This document shows positions 1 to 9,891 of a stretch of 64,000 bases of DNA, in pieces. Origin of the DNA: an uncultured Granulosicoccaceae bacterium (GTDB taxonomy: Bacteria > Pseudomonadota > Gammaproteobacteria > CALCKW01); assembly GCA_937925815.1 (NCBI GenBank), contig CALAMQ010000025.1, forward strand, positions 6,354-70,353. Direction: 5' to 3'. Below the pieces are notes generated by a model, which saw only the letters and a program-made list of their open reading frames with translations, was not told where the DNA came from and did not search any database. A program made the position numbers and the translations under genes. Numbering within the stretch: the stretch's first letter is position 1; the number at the start of each line of letters is the position of its first letter.

Positions 1-68
1 GTTTTGCGTGATTTTTGGCGTTCGTGTTTGATGGTTGAGGGAGGGGCTGTGGAAAAAAGCAATGGTGT

Positions 69-245
69 CTAGGGAGGCTCCGCGCAACTCCCAGCTGAGT
101 GCGAGACGAGGCAAGGCACTGCCAAAAAAGCGGAATTTACACGCAGTAAATGAGCTTTTTTGGCGGGGCATCAACGCAGTATTGTGCGGCCGGCGCTCCG
201 GGGCAGGCCTCCCTGCCAGATGGGATTTGCAGGGAAGTTCTCTAG
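69..245. mobile_element. Putative MITE-like non-autonomous element
   Basis: CTAG at both ends (69-72, 242-245); imperfect 24-bp terminal inverted repeats matching at 17/24; internal 11-bp perfect stem GCCAAAAAAGC (121-131)/GCTTTTTTGGC (154-164); no credible ORF. Confidence 0.5.
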
Positions 246-413
246 GCCTAGGACTGCGCGTTCACCACTGCCCGCGATGAACAATTGTGACCAGCCGATG
301 CGAGTGGCACTGACACCTGACTGAGAGCCGTGTCTGTCGCCGGTCCGGCGATGACCAGCGTTCTGGGTGCGGGTTACTATTCTTTTGGTGTCGCTTTCTG
401 CAGGACACATTTC

Positions 414-800
414 ATGTTGTACGAGCAACTGTCTCAGATTCACCTCTGGACCATATTGCCTGCTTTGGCACTCGGCGCAGTGCTGCTTGTGATGACCAAG
501 GGCACGCCTGCTCACCGATTACTGGGCGCGGCTTACATGGTGTTGATGGTGGTGACATCGCTTGTGACTTTGTTCATGCCGGCGCGCGTTGGCCCGGCGC
601 TGTTCGGTCACTTCGGCTTGATCCACATCTTCAGTGTGTCGGTGCTGATCAGTGTGCCAAGGGCATTGTTCGCAGTTCGACGCGGCGACATCGCCCGGCA
701 CAAAACCGAAATGCGCAGCCTGTATCTCTATGGCATGTTGATAGCCTTTGTGCTCGCGTTCATGCCCGGCCGCACCTTGAACCATTTTCTGTTTGGTTGA
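414..800 (+). CDS. DUF2306-like small integral membrane protein
   Basis: Four hydrophobic segments; KGTxxHR, HFGxIH, H..xM..LY and PGR motifs typical of DUF2306; AGGA upstream of ATG 414. Confidence 0.75.
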   Translation: MLYEQLSQIHLWTILPALALGAVLLVMTKGTPAHRLLGAAYMVLMVVTSLVTLFMPARVGPALFGHFGLIHIFSVSVLISVPRALFAVRRGDIARHKTEMRSLYLYGMLIAFVLAFMPGRTLNHFLFG

Positions 801-859
801 TGCGCTGTTGCAGCGCGATGTGCCCCCAAAGCCGACTTGCGGGTTGCCGTGTTGCGCCG

Positions 860-970
860 ACCTGTAGGGGCCGACTCGTAGGGCCAACCCCGCCATCCCC
901 ATTCCACCCCCCCCCATAAACCCCACGATCTTCCGAGGCATACGTCCGGCTAAAGCCGGCCCGTACAGGT
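860..970. repeat. Inverted REP doublet (REPIN-like, GTAG-type)
   Basis: Left ACCTGTAGGGGCCGAC and the reverse complement of the right arm, ACCTGTACGGGCCGGCTTTAGCCGG, face each other across a C-rich spacer; lies between convergent genes. Confidence 0.55.
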
Positions 971-1085
971 GTATTTATCCGGCCGCACAAACGCCACAGA
1001 TATTTGGGGCTGTTCCCACCACCCACATCTCGCAGGCATGCGTCCAGCTAGAGCAGGCCCTGCAGGTGATTGTGTCCAGTCGGTC

Positions 1086-2291
1086 TTATGCGGGCTCTGG
1101 TTGGATCAATCCAGGGACATCGACTTCCGGTGAGAGGTCGGCTTCGTAATCGACACCCTCAACACCGAAGCCAAACAGCCGCAGGAATTCCGCCTTGTAC
1201 CCAACGAAGTCGGTGACGTCGTGCAGGTTTTCGGTGGTGACGGTGGCCCAGGCGTCGAGCACGGCTTGCTGGACATCGGCTTGCAGTTCGAGGTCGTCAG
1301 CGCGCAGGCGTCCCTCGCTGTCGGGACCTGCGCTGTTGCCGTAGAGGCTGTCGCGAAACAGGCGGTTTACCTGCTCAATGCAGCCCTCGTGTGTGCCGTT
1401 TGCTTTCATGATTTTGAACAGCAATGACAAATACAACGGCATGATGGGAATCGCGGCACTCGCTTGGGTGACCACAGCTTTGAGCACTGACACCCGGGCG
1501 TCGCCGCCTTTCGCCGCGAGTCTGCTGCGGATGTCGATCACGCGTTTGTCGAGATCTTGTTTGGCGGCGCCAATGGTGCCGTGCCAGTAAATGTCCCAGG
1601 TGACTTTCTCGCCGATGTAGGTGTAGGCCGTGGTCTTGGCGCCGTCTGCCAGCACACCGGCGTCATCGAGCGCGTCAATCCACATCTGCCAGTCTTCGCC
1701 ACCCATGACAGCGACGGTGTTGCTGATGTCTTCGTCCGTTGCGGCTTCCAGTGTGACTTCACCTACGGTCTCTTTGTCCGTATTGACGCCGCGCTGGGTG
1801 ACGGGCTTGCCAATTGGCTTAAGGGTCGAGCTGTGGATTTCGCCTGTGACCGGGTGCTGGCGGCGCGGCGCGGCCAAGCTGTAGACCACGAGGTCCACGG
1901 TGCCAAGGTCCGCTTTGATGGTGTCGATAACCTGCTGCTTCATCTCGGTGGAGAAGGCATCACCGTTGAGACTCTTGCAATAGAGGCCAGCGTCGGTCGC
2001 GGCTGCGCCGAAGGCGGCGGAATTATACCAACCCGCTGAACCGGTCTTGCGTTCAGTGCCGGGCTTTTCGAAAAAGACACCGAGGGTTGCAGCGCCTGAA
2101 CCAAAGGCCGCGGTGATACGTGAGGCGAGGCCGTAGCCTGTGGAGGCGCCGAGCACCAGCACGCGCTTGGGGCCGTCTGCAATCGGGCCGCCAGCGGTGA
2201 CGTGGGCGATTTGCGCTTGCACGTTGGCGGCGCACCCGGTGGGGTGAGCCGTTGTGCACATGAATCCGCGAACTTTGGGCTGGATGATCAT
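1086..2291 (-). CDS. fabV: Enoyl-ACP reductase FabV / trans-2-enoyl-CoA reductase
   Basis: [20 protein letters not shown], [37 protein letters not shown] and KAVVTQAS motifs. Confidence 0.96.
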   Translation of the reverse strand: MIIQPKVRGFMCTTAHPTGCAANVQAQIAHVTAGGPIADGPKRVLVLGASTGYGLASRITAAFGSGAATLGVFFEKPGTERKTGSAGWYNSAAFGAAATDAGLYCKSLNGDAFSTEMKQQVIDTIKADLGTVDLVVYSLAAPRRQHPVTGEIHSSTLKPIGKPVTQRGVNTDKETVGEVTLEAATDEDISNTVAVMGGEDWQMWIDALDDAGVLADGAKTTAYTYIGEKVTWDIYWHGTIGAAKQDLDKRVIDIRSRLAAKGGDARVSVLKAVVTQASAAIPIMPLYLSLLFKIMKANGTHEGCIEQVNRLFRDSLYGNSAGPDSEGRLRADDLELQADVQQAVLDAWATVTTENLHDVTDFVGYKAEFLRLFGFGVEGVDYEADLSPEVDVPGLIQPEPA

Positions 2292-2376
2292 GGGTACCTG
2301 CCGTGTGGTCAATTCGCCATTGTACCGTGTCCGCTTCGGTGTGCGGCGTCTGGCTGCAACATGCGCGTCAAAGCAC

Positions 2377-3681
2377 TCAAGCGTGCGAGGATCTACGCCA
2401 GCGCCGCATCACCCAGTTGGCGAGTGCTTGAAGTCCAATGCCGGTGCGGAACTCGAAAGCCTCATAAAGGAAGCGCCGTGCGTGCACCCCACGCTTGCGC
2501 AATTCGCGTTGCAGCGACTCCCTCAGTGCTGTTGGCCCGCAAAACGCGACGGTATAGCCGGATAATTTCTCGCCCACTTGTGCAGTGATGAATTCGCCGC
2601 TGATACGCTCGCCCTCGGAGGAGCACACCGAGCGCAGGTGCAAATTTGCCTTGGCTGCGGCCAGCGCTTCGATCTCTTCGAGGTGCGGTGCTTCGGCGCG
2701 CGAGCGGTAGCCGTAAAACAACGTGACCTCAGGATCAGATGGGCCGATGGCGTCTGCCCAGCTCAGAAAGGGTGTGATGCCGATGCCGCCGGCAACCCAG
2801 ATCTGCGGTCGTTTGGCTCGGTACTGGAAATGGCCGAAGGGGCCTTGCAGCAGAACGCGCTGTCCTGTGGTCACTGCGTGCCCCAGCCGCTGCGTGTCAT
2901 CACCCAGGGCTTTGACGGTCACGCGCAGTGATTGGTCGGAGCCGATTTTCGAAAAGCTGAACGGGTGCGGTTCAACCCGCCCAGCATCAGAGAAACGGAA
3001 GACACCGAACTGACCCGGTTGGGGCGCAAGCGCGCGGCCTGAAGGTTGAAGTGTGATGGCGGTTGCGCCGCCTGTGGGCGTGGCCGAAATGACGGTATAC
3101 GCCGATGACCGGCTCCACTTGGCAGGCAGCAAGGTCCAGGCATAGGCGAAGAAACCCGCGAGGCAAAACGCGCCGGTGTAGAGACCTGCCGCGTCGGTCA
3201 TTGCGAAGGGTTTGAGGATCAGCGTGAAATGCACTGCGCCCACGATGAACAGGGCGCCCATGGCTTTGTGGGTCCACTTCCAGAAGTGGTAGGGGATGAA
3301 AGTCGCAATCGAAATACCGATTAAAATCAGGATGCCGTAGAGGCTGATTTCGCCGAGCGACTCGGCGAAGTCGCTGAGTGCGGTTTCGGGGCCGAGGCCA
3401 CGCATGTCGGCACCGATGGTGTCGTGGGCGAAGAGCGCGGCCAGGGCGATGATGCCTGCCCATTTGTGTAACACGTAAACGCGGTCGAGCCCGCCGAACA
3501 GCGCTTCCACGCCCGGTAGTCGTGTGGCCCAGATTTGCGCCCAGGACATCAAGATCAGCCCAGCCATCCCAAAGTACTGAGAGAGCAGAGCCAGTTTGTC
3601 GCTGATATTCGGCAGGGCAAACAGCTGCACGGCTGGGAACAGAGTCGAGAGCACCAGCAAAGCGATTCTGAACGGTTTCAT
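2377..3681 (-). CDS. Ferric reductase-like transmembrane flavocytochrome (FRD/NOX-like)
   Basis: TM domain with two His pairs (LHKW..FAHD, THK..VHF) followed by [20 protein letters not shown] and EAFEF FAD/NAD(P)H motifs. Confidence 0.88.
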   Translation of the reverse strand: MKPFRIALLVLSTLFPAVQLFALPNISDKLALLSQYFGMAGLILMSWAQIWATRLPGVEALFGGLDRVYVLHKWAGIIALAALFAHDTIGADMRGLGPETALSDFAESLGEISLYGILILIGISIATFIPYHFWKWTHKAMGALFIVGAVHFTLILKPFAMTDAAGLYTGAFCLAGFFAYAWTLLPAKWSRSSAYTVISATPTGGATAITLQPSGRALAPQPGQFGVFRFSDAGRVEPHPFSFSKIGSDQSLRVTVKALGDDTQRLGHAVTTGQRVLLQGPFGHFQYRAKRPQIWVAGGIGITPFLSWADAIGPSDPEVTLFYGYRSRAEAPHLEEIEALAAAKANLHLRSVCSSEGERISGEFITAQVGEKLSGYTVAFCGPTALRESLQRELRKRGVHARRFLYEAFEFRTGIGLQALANWVMRRWRRSSHA

Positions 3682-3981
3682 GGCGTCGGCTATTTGGTCG
3701 GTGGGTTTAAACGCGTTTGGGAGACGCAAGCGTGGTACCGGCTCCCGCAGTCTTTTTATCGTAGGGGCGAGGCAGATGCCTTTCAAGGCGTCAACAGCAG
3801 ACCGTGCAGGCGGTGCTGCAGAATCAGGTTGTGTGGATGTGCGCCACGCGAGTGCCAGACCGTCCTGGTGCTCGCGCAGCGCGGGTTGCGGTCATTTCCA
3901 TCGTCGCGATTGCCACGTGGAACGGCAGAGCGTTTGTCGATTGGTGTTGTGCGGTTATAGGCGAGTGTGACGTGTGGTCAA

Positions 3982-4009
3982 AGCCGAGACGCCACTCTGC
4001 GTCTCGGCT
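3982..4009 (-). terminator. Hairpin downstream of cobT
   Basis: 11-bp perfect stem AGCCGAGACGC/GCGTCTCGGCT with a 6-nt loop just after the cobT stop; only a short U tract. Confidence 0.5.
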
Positions 4010-4016
4010 GCCAAGC

Positions 4017-5069
4017 TTATCCCGCGTCGCTCACCCCGGCATCAGCGAAGGTGTGCATGCCGTTGTGCAGCGCGCAGGCGAGGCGCAACAGCGGCACGGC
4101 GGTGGCCGCACCGCTGCCCTCACCGAGGCGCATCGCGAGGTCGAGCAGGGGTTCTGCGTCCAGCGCTTCGAGAATGGCTTGGTGGCCGGGTTCTTGAGAT
4201 TGGTGGCTGAACAGCATCCAGGCGCGCGCGCCGGGCAGGATGCGGTCGGCGGCGAGGGCTGCTGCGGTACAAATGAAGCCATCCACCACCACTGGCAGGC
4301 CGCGCTGGGCAGCGCGAAGGTAGGCGCCGGTGAGGGCGGCTATCTCAAAGCCGCCGAAGGCTTGCAGGCTTGTGAGCGGCGCGGCGCGGGCCTCCGCGTT
4401 GACCGTCAGACTGCGCGCCAGCACTTCCATTTTGTGGCGTACGCCGTTGGTGTCGAGCCCGGTGCCAGGGCCGGTCAAGGTGGCGAGGTCGCCGCCGGTC
4501 AGTGCGCAGCCGAGCGCTGTGGCGGCGGTGGTGTTGGCGATTCCCATCTCGCCGCCGATGAATACATCGCAACCGGCTGTGACCGCGTTGTCCACTTGCT
4601 CGCGGCCAGCGTCGAGCGCGCGCTGGAGCTGCTCGTAGGTCATGGCGGGGCCGACGGCGAGGTTGGCGGTGCCCGCTGCAACGCGGCGGTCGGTGACGCC
4701 AGGCAAGCCCGGTATCGGCTCAACCGTGCCGACATCCACCACCGAGAAACTCGCGTTGAGTTCACGCGCGAGCACGGAAATCGCGGCGCCGCCTGCGGCG
4801 AAATTGGCGACCATCTGTGCGGTCACTTCTTGTGGGAAAGCAGACACTCTCTCTGCTGCCACGCCGTGGTCACCGGCGAAGATCGCAATGTGAACGCGCT
4901 CTGCCGAGGGTTTGTCCCGGCCTTGCAATGCACTCAATTCCACGGCCGCCGCTTCCAGCAGGCCAAGAGAGCCCGGTGGTTTGGTTAATTGAGATTGGCG
5001 GGCGAGCGCAGACTCGCGATGGGTTTGGCTGGGCGATGCCGCTGGAGCCTGGAGCCAGTTATCAGTCAC
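4017..5069 (-). CDS. cobT: Nicotinate-nucleotide--dimethylbenzimidazole phosphoribosyltransferase
   Basis: [40 protein letters not shown] and MRLGEGSGA motifs. Confidence 0.96.
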   Translation of the reverse strand: MTDNWLQAPAASPSQTHRESALARQSQLTKPPGSLGLLEAAAVELSALQGRDKPSAERVHIAIFAGDHGVAAERVSAFPQEVTAQMVANFAAGGAAISVLARELNASFSVVDVGTVEPIPGLPGVTDRRVAAGTANLAVGPAMTYEQLQRALDAGREQVDNAVTAGCDVFIGGEMGIANTTAATALGCALTGGDLATLTGPGTGLDTNGVRHKMEVLARSLTVNAEARAAPLTSLQAFGGFEIAALTGAYLRAAQRGLPVVVDGFICTAAALAADRILPGARAWMLFSHQSQEPGHQAILEALDAEPLLDLAMRLGEGSGAATAVPLLRLACALHNGMHTFADAGVSDAG

Positions 5070-5587
5070 AGTTGGGGTCCTTTGAGGAGGTGGGGCAGGC
5101 CCGCAATCGCGAGTGCGACGCGGTCTGCCAGTGTTGCAATGTTTTGGTGAAGCAGGCCGGCCGCGTCGAGGTAGGCGCGGCTGAGTTGATTGTCTGGGGT
5201 GACGCCCAAGCTATTCTCGTTGCTGACCAGCACCGTGCTGCCAGGCACGCTCCGCAGCGTGTCGCAGAGTGCGCTGCGCTCTGCCGCGAGGTCGGCTGGC
5301 GGATCGGCGATCAGGCGGTTGGTGAGCCACAGTGTCAGGCAATCAACCAGTACCAGGGTGTCGGGTGCGCTCGCAGCTTTCAAAGCGCCGGCGAGGTCGT
5401 TGGGTTCTTCAACGGTGCGCCAGTGCGCGGGGCGCGTGGCGCGGTGTGCGTCGATGCGGGCTTGCATTTCAGTGTCGAACGCGATGGCCGTTGCGATCAC
5501 CGTGACCGGTCCCTCGTGGGCCGCTGCGAGCGATTCGGCGAGTGCGCTCTTGCCGGATTTCACGCCGCCGAGAATCAAGGTTTTCAT
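5066..5587 (-). CDS. cobU: Adenosylcobinamide kinase / cobinamide-phosphate guanylyltransferase
   Basis: LGGxKSGKS P-loop, EMQARIxxHR..[17 protein letters not shown] and VSNE motifs; overlaps cobT and cobQ. Confidence 0.95.
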   Translation of the reverse strand: MKTLILGGVKSGKSALAESLAAAHEGPVTVIATAIAFDTEMQARIDAHRATRPAHWRTVEEPNDLAGALKAASAPDTLVLVDCLTLWLTNRLIADPPADLAAERSALCDTLRSVPGSTVLVSNENSLGVTPDNQLSRAYLDAAGLLHQNIATLADRVALAIAGLPHLLKGPQL

Positions 5588-7083
5588 GTGAAGTCCTCGG
5601 GGTTGAGCTTCAGCAGCGGCGCGAGCTTGTGCCAGTCGAGGTGGGCTTCAACGCTGTCAGCGAGCCGGTCAATCTCCGCGTCGCGCAGCTCGCGGTAGTC
5701 AGGCACAGACTCGCGGGCGCGGCTGAGCCCAGCCCAGCTGAGCAGTGCGGCTTGGCTGGCCGGGTGTTCGAACAGGCCGTGCAGGTAGCTGCCGAGTACT
5801 TGGCCGTCTGGGGATTGTGCGCCGTCATCTCGGCCGTCGTCCAAGCGCACAAGCGGGTTGTTCAGACCTGCGCCCGCGCTTTGACCGACGTGGATTTCAT
5901 AGCCGCTGATGGCGACGGTCTCACCATTTAGCGACAAAGTGCCGGCGGCATTTTGCAGCGCTTTGTCCGGCAGCATGGTGGTCTCGATGTCGAGATAGCC
6001 GAGGCCTGCGGTGGTGCCGGGCTTGCCTTCAACCCCGTTGGGGTCGTGCACGGCCTTGCCAAGCATTTGGTAGCCGCCGCAGATGCCGAGTACTTTGCCA
6101 CCGTAGCGCAGGTGGCGGTCAAGGTCGGTGTCCCAGCCTTGTTCGCGCAGAAAGCCGAGGTCCGCGCGCGTGGACTTGGTGCCGGGCAGGATCACGAGAT
6201 CGCAAGCGGGTATCCGCTCGCCCGGCTGCACAAATTGCAGGTCCACGTCCGGGTGCAGCCGCAAGGGGTCAAAATCTGTGTGGTTACTGATGCGGCGGAA
6301 CTTCGGCACGCACACGCGCAGGCCGCAGGTTTCGAGGCGTTGGCTGGCGTTGACCGCGTCTTCAGCTTCGAGGTGGAAGGCTTCGAGGTAGGGCAGCACG
6401 CCGATCACCGGCACACCGGTCTTGGCTTCAAGCCAGTCGAGACCGGGTTCGAGCAGCGCGATATCACCGCGAAAGCGGTTGATGATGAAGCCCTTGATGC
6501 GCGCTTGTTCACTTGGCTCGAGCACGGCAAGCGTGCCGTAGAGGTGTGCAAACACCCCGCCTTTGTCGATGTCGGCGACCACGATGACGTCGGTGTCGGC
6601 GGCTTCGGCAAAGCCCATGTTGGCAAGATCATTTTCGCGCAGGTTGATCTCGGCCGGGCTGCCAGCGCCTTCGATCAGCACGCGCCCGTAGCGCGCCTGC
6701 AAGCGCTGGAAAGCCTCGAGAATCACCGGCATCAGCTTGGGTTTGTGCGCGTGGTAGGCGCGCGCGTTCAGGGTGCCTGTGGCGCGGCCGTTCACAATCA
6801 CCTGAGAGCCGGTGTCTGACTCGGGCTTGAGCAGCACCGGGTTCATATCAGTGTGCGGTGCGAGGCCACAGGCTTGCGCCTGCACCGCTTGCGCGCGGCC
6901 GATCTCGCCACCGTCAGCGCTGACGGCGCTGTTGAGCGCCATGTTTTGCGGCTTAAACGGCGCCACACTCAATCCACGCCGGTGCAGCGCGCGCGCAATC
7001 CCGGTCACCACCGTGCTCTTGCCCGCGTCAGAGGTCGCGCCCTGGATCATCAACGCGGCGCTGTGTGTGGGAGGCTTTGCCAA
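5584..7083 (-). CDS. cobQ: Cobyric acid synthase
   Basis: [52 protein letters not shown] and GSYLHG motifs; start codon uncertain. Confidence 0.96.
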   Translation of the reverse strand: MAKPPTHSAALMIQGATSDAGKSTVVTGIARALHRRGLSVAPFKPQNMALNSAVSADGGEIGRAQAVQAQACGLAPHTDMNPVLLKPESDTGSQVIVNGRATGTLNARAYHAHKPKLMPVILEAFQRLQARYGRVLIEGAGSPAEINLRENDLANMGFAEAADTDVIVVADIDKGGVFAHLYGTLAVLEPSEQARIKGFIINRFRGDIALLEPGLDWLEAKTGVPVIGVLPYLEAFHLEAEDAVNASQRLETCGLRVCVPKFRRISNHTDFDPLRLHPDVDLQFVQPGERIPACDLVILPGTKSTRADLGFLREQGWDTDLDRHLRYGGKVLGICGGYQMLGKAVHDPNGVEGKPGTTAGLGYLDIETTMLPDKALQNAAGTLSLNGETVAISGYEIHVGQSAGAGLNNPLVRLDDGRDDGAQSPDGQVLGSYLHGLFEHPASQAALLSWAGLSRARESVPDYRELRDAEIDRLADSVEAHLDWHKLAPLLKLNPEDFT

Positions 7084-7220
7084 GGAGTTGCTCGGTCAGT
7101 TTGATGGGGTGGACGGGATTAACCAGGGTGCAGTGTAGGGAATTCCGCAGGCGCGTGTTTGCCCGTTGCGCTCAGTCCTGTCGCGGCGGCGAAACCACAG
7201 TGCGGGTGTGCGACACCGTG

Positions 7221-9101
7221 TCAGCCTTCCCCGCGCTGTTTGGCCTCCAGCGCTTCCCAGCGTTCCAGGCATTCGAGCAGCTCGGTTTCGAGCGCCTCGA
7301 GCCGGTCGATGGACTGCTGCCAGCCCGTCGGGTCGCGTTGGTAGGCGTCGGCGGCGTTCACGGTCTGCTGGTGCTCGGCTTGTTCTGCTTCAAGCTTGGC
7401 GATGAGCGCGGGCAGGCCGTCGAGTTCACGCTGGTCTTTGTAGCTGAGCTTGGCGGCCTTGGGTTTGGGCTTTTGCGCCGGTGGTGGCGTGACAGCAGCT
7501 GCCTTTGGCGCGGTGTTGCTGGGGGCGGCGGTCGGGCGCTGACGCAGCCAGTCGCTGTAGCCGCCGACGTATTCGTCGATCTGGCCGTTGCCGCTGAAGG
7601 AGAGCACACCAGTGACGACGTTGTCGATAAAAGCGCGATCGTGGCTGACCAGCAACAAGGTGCCGTCGAAGGCTGCAAGCCTTGCCTCGAGCAATTCCAA
7701 TGTCTCGATGTCGAGGTCGTTGGTGGGTTCATCCATGACCAACAGGTTGAACGGCTTGCAGAAGAGCTTGGCGAGCAACAGCCGGTTGCGTTCGCCGCCC
7801 GACAAGCGGCGAATCGGCGCGCGTGCGCGCGCCGGCGAGAACAGAAAATCTTGTAAGTAGCTGAGCACGTGCGTGCTCTTGCCGTTGATCTCAATGAAAT
7901 CCGAGCCTTGACCGACGTTTTCTTGCGCGGTGAGCGTGGGGTCGAGTTGCGCTCGATGCTGGTCAAACCATGCGATGTCGAGCCGCGTGCCGTGCGCGAT
8001 GCTGCCGCTGTCGGGTTGCAATTGTTTGAGCAGCAACTTGAGTAAGGTGGTTTTGCCGACGCCGTTCGGGCCAATCAAGCCGAGTTTGTCGCCGCGTTGC
8101 AGCAAGAGATCAAAGCCTGCAACCAAGGTTTGGCCGTCTGCGATTTGATAGTTGAGCTGTTTGGCCTCGATCACTTTGGTGCCAGAGCGCTCGCTTGCGT
8201 CAACCGTGAAAGCCGCTTTGCCGACGTGTTTGAGGCGTGCGGCGCGCTCGCGGCGCATGGCTTGCAGCGCACGCACGCGGCCTTCGTTGCGGGTGCGGCG
8301 CGCTTTGATGCCCTGGCGTATCCAGGTTTCCTCTTCGGCGAGTTTTTTATCAAATTGCGCGTCCGCTTCGGCCTGGGCGTCGAGGTGCTGTTGTTTGAGC
8401 ACGAGGTAGCGGTCGTACTCGCCCGGCCAGCTGGTGAGCTCACCGCGGTCGAGGTCGATGATGCGCGTGGCCACGCGGTCGAGGAACCGGCGGTCGTGGG
8501 TGATGAACAACACGCTGCCGTTGAAGCCTTTGAGGGTGTCTTCAAGCTGTTCAATGGCGGTGACGTCGAGGTGGTTGGTCGGCTCGTCTAGCAGCAGTAA
8601 ATCCGGTTCATCTACCAGCGCCCGCGCGAGCAACACGCGGCGTTTGAGACCGCCGCTCAGGGTGTTGAATTCCACGTCGGCCGCGAGCCCAAGACGGCTC
8701 ATGGCGGTTTCAACGCGTAACAACGCGGACCAGCCGTCCGCGTCGTCCATGCGCGCTTGCAGTGGGGCGGTGTCAGCGCCGGTTGCAAGCGCAACGAGCC
8801 AGGCTTGAACCACGTTTGCCCGCTCACCGAGGCCGCCTGCGACCACACAATCGCAGCGGCCTGCGAGGTTGTCTGGCACTTCTTGCGGCAGCATCGACAC
8901 GGTCAGGCCACGCTGGCGCACCAGGTTGCCTGAATCGGGTGGGTAGTGTTCATCGACGAGGCGCAGCAGGGACGATTTGCCCGTGCCGTTGCGCCCGACC
9001 AAGGCGATGCGTTCGTGGGGCTCGATGATCGCGTTGGCGTTGATCAACAGCGGGGAGTCGCCAAACGCGAGGCTGACGTTTTGAAGTTGGAGCAGTGGCA
9101 T
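7221..9101 (-). CDS. uup: ABC-F family ATPase Uup
   Basis: Two ABC cassettes (GRNGTGKS/LSGG/DEPTNHLD; GPNGVGKT/DEPTNDLD); WIRQGIKARRTRNEGRVRAL linker; KLSYKDQREL C-terminal domain. Confidence 0.93.
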   Translation of the reverse strand: MPLLQLQNVSLAFGDSPLLINANAIIEPHERIALVGRNGTGKSSLLRLVDEHYPPDSGNLVRQRGLTVSMLPQEVPDNLAGRCDCVVAGGLGERANVVQAWLVALATGADTAPLQARMDDADGWSALLRVETAMSRLGLAADVEFNTLSGGLKRRVLLARALVDEPDLLLLDEPTNHLDVTAIEQLEDTLKGFNGSVLFITHDRRFLDRVATRIIDLDRGELTSWPGEYDRYLVLKQQHLDAQAEADAQFDKKLAEEETWIRQGIKARRTRNEGRVRALQAMRRERAARLKHVGKAAFTVDASERSGTKVIEAKQLNYQIADGQTLVAGFDLLLQRGDKLGLIGPNGVGKTTLLKLLLKQLQPDSGSIAHGTRLDIAWFDQHRAQLDPTLTAQENVGQGSDFIEINGKSTHVLSYLQDFLFSPARARAPIRRLSGGERNRLLLAKLFCKPFNLLVMDEPTNDLDIETLELLEARLAAFDGTLLLVSHDRAFIDNVVTGVLSFSGNGQIDEYVGGYSDWLRQRPTAAPSNTAPKAAAVTPPPAQKPKPKAAKLSYKDQRELDGLPALIAKLEAEQAEHQQTVNAADAYQRDPTGWQQSIDRLEALETELLECLERWEALEAKQRGEG

Positions 9102-9150
9102 GCGCGCAGCTTAGCAGGCTTGTGCGTCGTTGAATGCCTGGTTGGGGCTC

Positions 9151-9180
9151 AAAAAAAAACCGCCTGAATGAGGCGGCTTT
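9151..9180 (-). terminator. Rho-independent terminator of the histone-like gene
   Basis: Minus strand reads AAAGCCGCCT-CATTC-AGGCGG followed by T9. Confidence 0.85.
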
Positions 9181-9202
9181 TGGTGCAAGTCTGATCGGGT
9201 GA

Positions 9203-9769
9203 TCAGCGCTTAGCAGCTTTGCGCGTGGCTGGTTTCTTAGCCGGGCTGCGCTCAGCCGGGCTGCGCTTGGCAACAGTCTTGGTAGCGGCTTTCTTTGCGG
9301 GGCTGCGCTTAGCAACGGTCTTGGTAGCCGCTTTCTTAGCCGGGCTGCGCTTGGCGACAGTCTTGGTGGCAGCTTTCTTAGCAGGGCTGCGCTTAGCAAC
9401 AGTCTTGGTGGCCGCTTTCTTGGCCGGGCTGCGCTTGGCGACAGTCTTGGTAGCCGCTTTCTTAGCGGGGCTGCGCTTGGCGACAGTCTTGGTGGCAGCT
9501 TTCTTAGCGGGGCTGCGCTTAGCAACGGTCTTGGTTGCTGCTTTCTTAGCAGGGCTGCGCTTAGCAACTGTTTTGGTAGCGGCTTTCTTTGCCGGGCTGC
9601 GCTTAGCAACTGTCTTGGTAGCGGCTTTCTTGGCCGGGCTACGCTTAGCAACAGTCTTGGTAGCGGCTTTCTTAGCTGGGCTACGTTTGGCTGGTGTTTT
9701 TTTCGCGACAGTTTTTTTGGCTGCTGCGGATTTAGTTGGGGTCTTTGCTGTGGTCTTGCGAGTTGCCAT
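9203..9769 (-). CDS. Histone H1-like Lys/Ala/Pro-rich nucleoid protein (AlgP/Hc2-like composition)
   Basis: 188 aa dominated by K, A, T, P, R and S; 10 identical SPAKKAATKTVAKR repeats; has its own terminator; DNA variation between units is synonymous in this frame. Confidence 0.8.
   Translation of the reverse strand: MATRKTTAKTPTKSAAAKKTVAKKTPAKRSPAKKAATKTVAKRSPAKKAATKTVAKRSPAKKAATKTVAKRSPAKKAATKTVAKRSPAKKAATKTVAKRSPAKKAATKTVAKRSPAKKAATKTVAKRSPAKKAATKTVAKRSPAKKAATKTVAKRSPAKKAATKTVAKRSPAERSPAKKPATRKAAKR
9263..9682 (-). repeat. Ten 42-bp coding tandem repeats
   Basis: 10 x 14 codons, identical at protein level, differing at wobble positions. Confidence 0.95.
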
Positions 9770-9891
9770 GAGGTTGGTTCTCTTTGAGTCAGTCGAGACG
9801 GGCAACTCCATTGCAAATTACGGGCACAAAACCGGTAATCGCTAAAAATGTCATGTTCACATGCCAAGCGCGGTTTAGCGAATGGTGATAA

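Noticed and set aside
35-515. ORFs 35-280 (+) and 171-515 (-)
   Set aside because: Overlap the MITE-like element and the DUF2306 gene; no protein-like features
3804-4988. 394-aa plus-strand ORF
   Set aside because: Antisense shadow of cobT; no motifs
7084-7220. Possible cobalamin riboswitch upstream of cobQ (CCCGCACTGT on the minus strand)
   Set aside because: Lacks the GGGAA, GGTG-AA-TCC and B12-box elements in the right order, and the region is short
9263-9682. Regular repeats as a possible CRISPR array
   Set aside because: Units are head-to-tail with no unique spacers, are in-frame coding, and have no cas genes nearby
8950-9867. Alternative long ORFs over the tandem repeat (8950-9867 minus, 9219-9845 plus)
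   Set aside because: Stop-free by-products of the repeat; only the SPAKK frame is perfectly conserved and has a terminator
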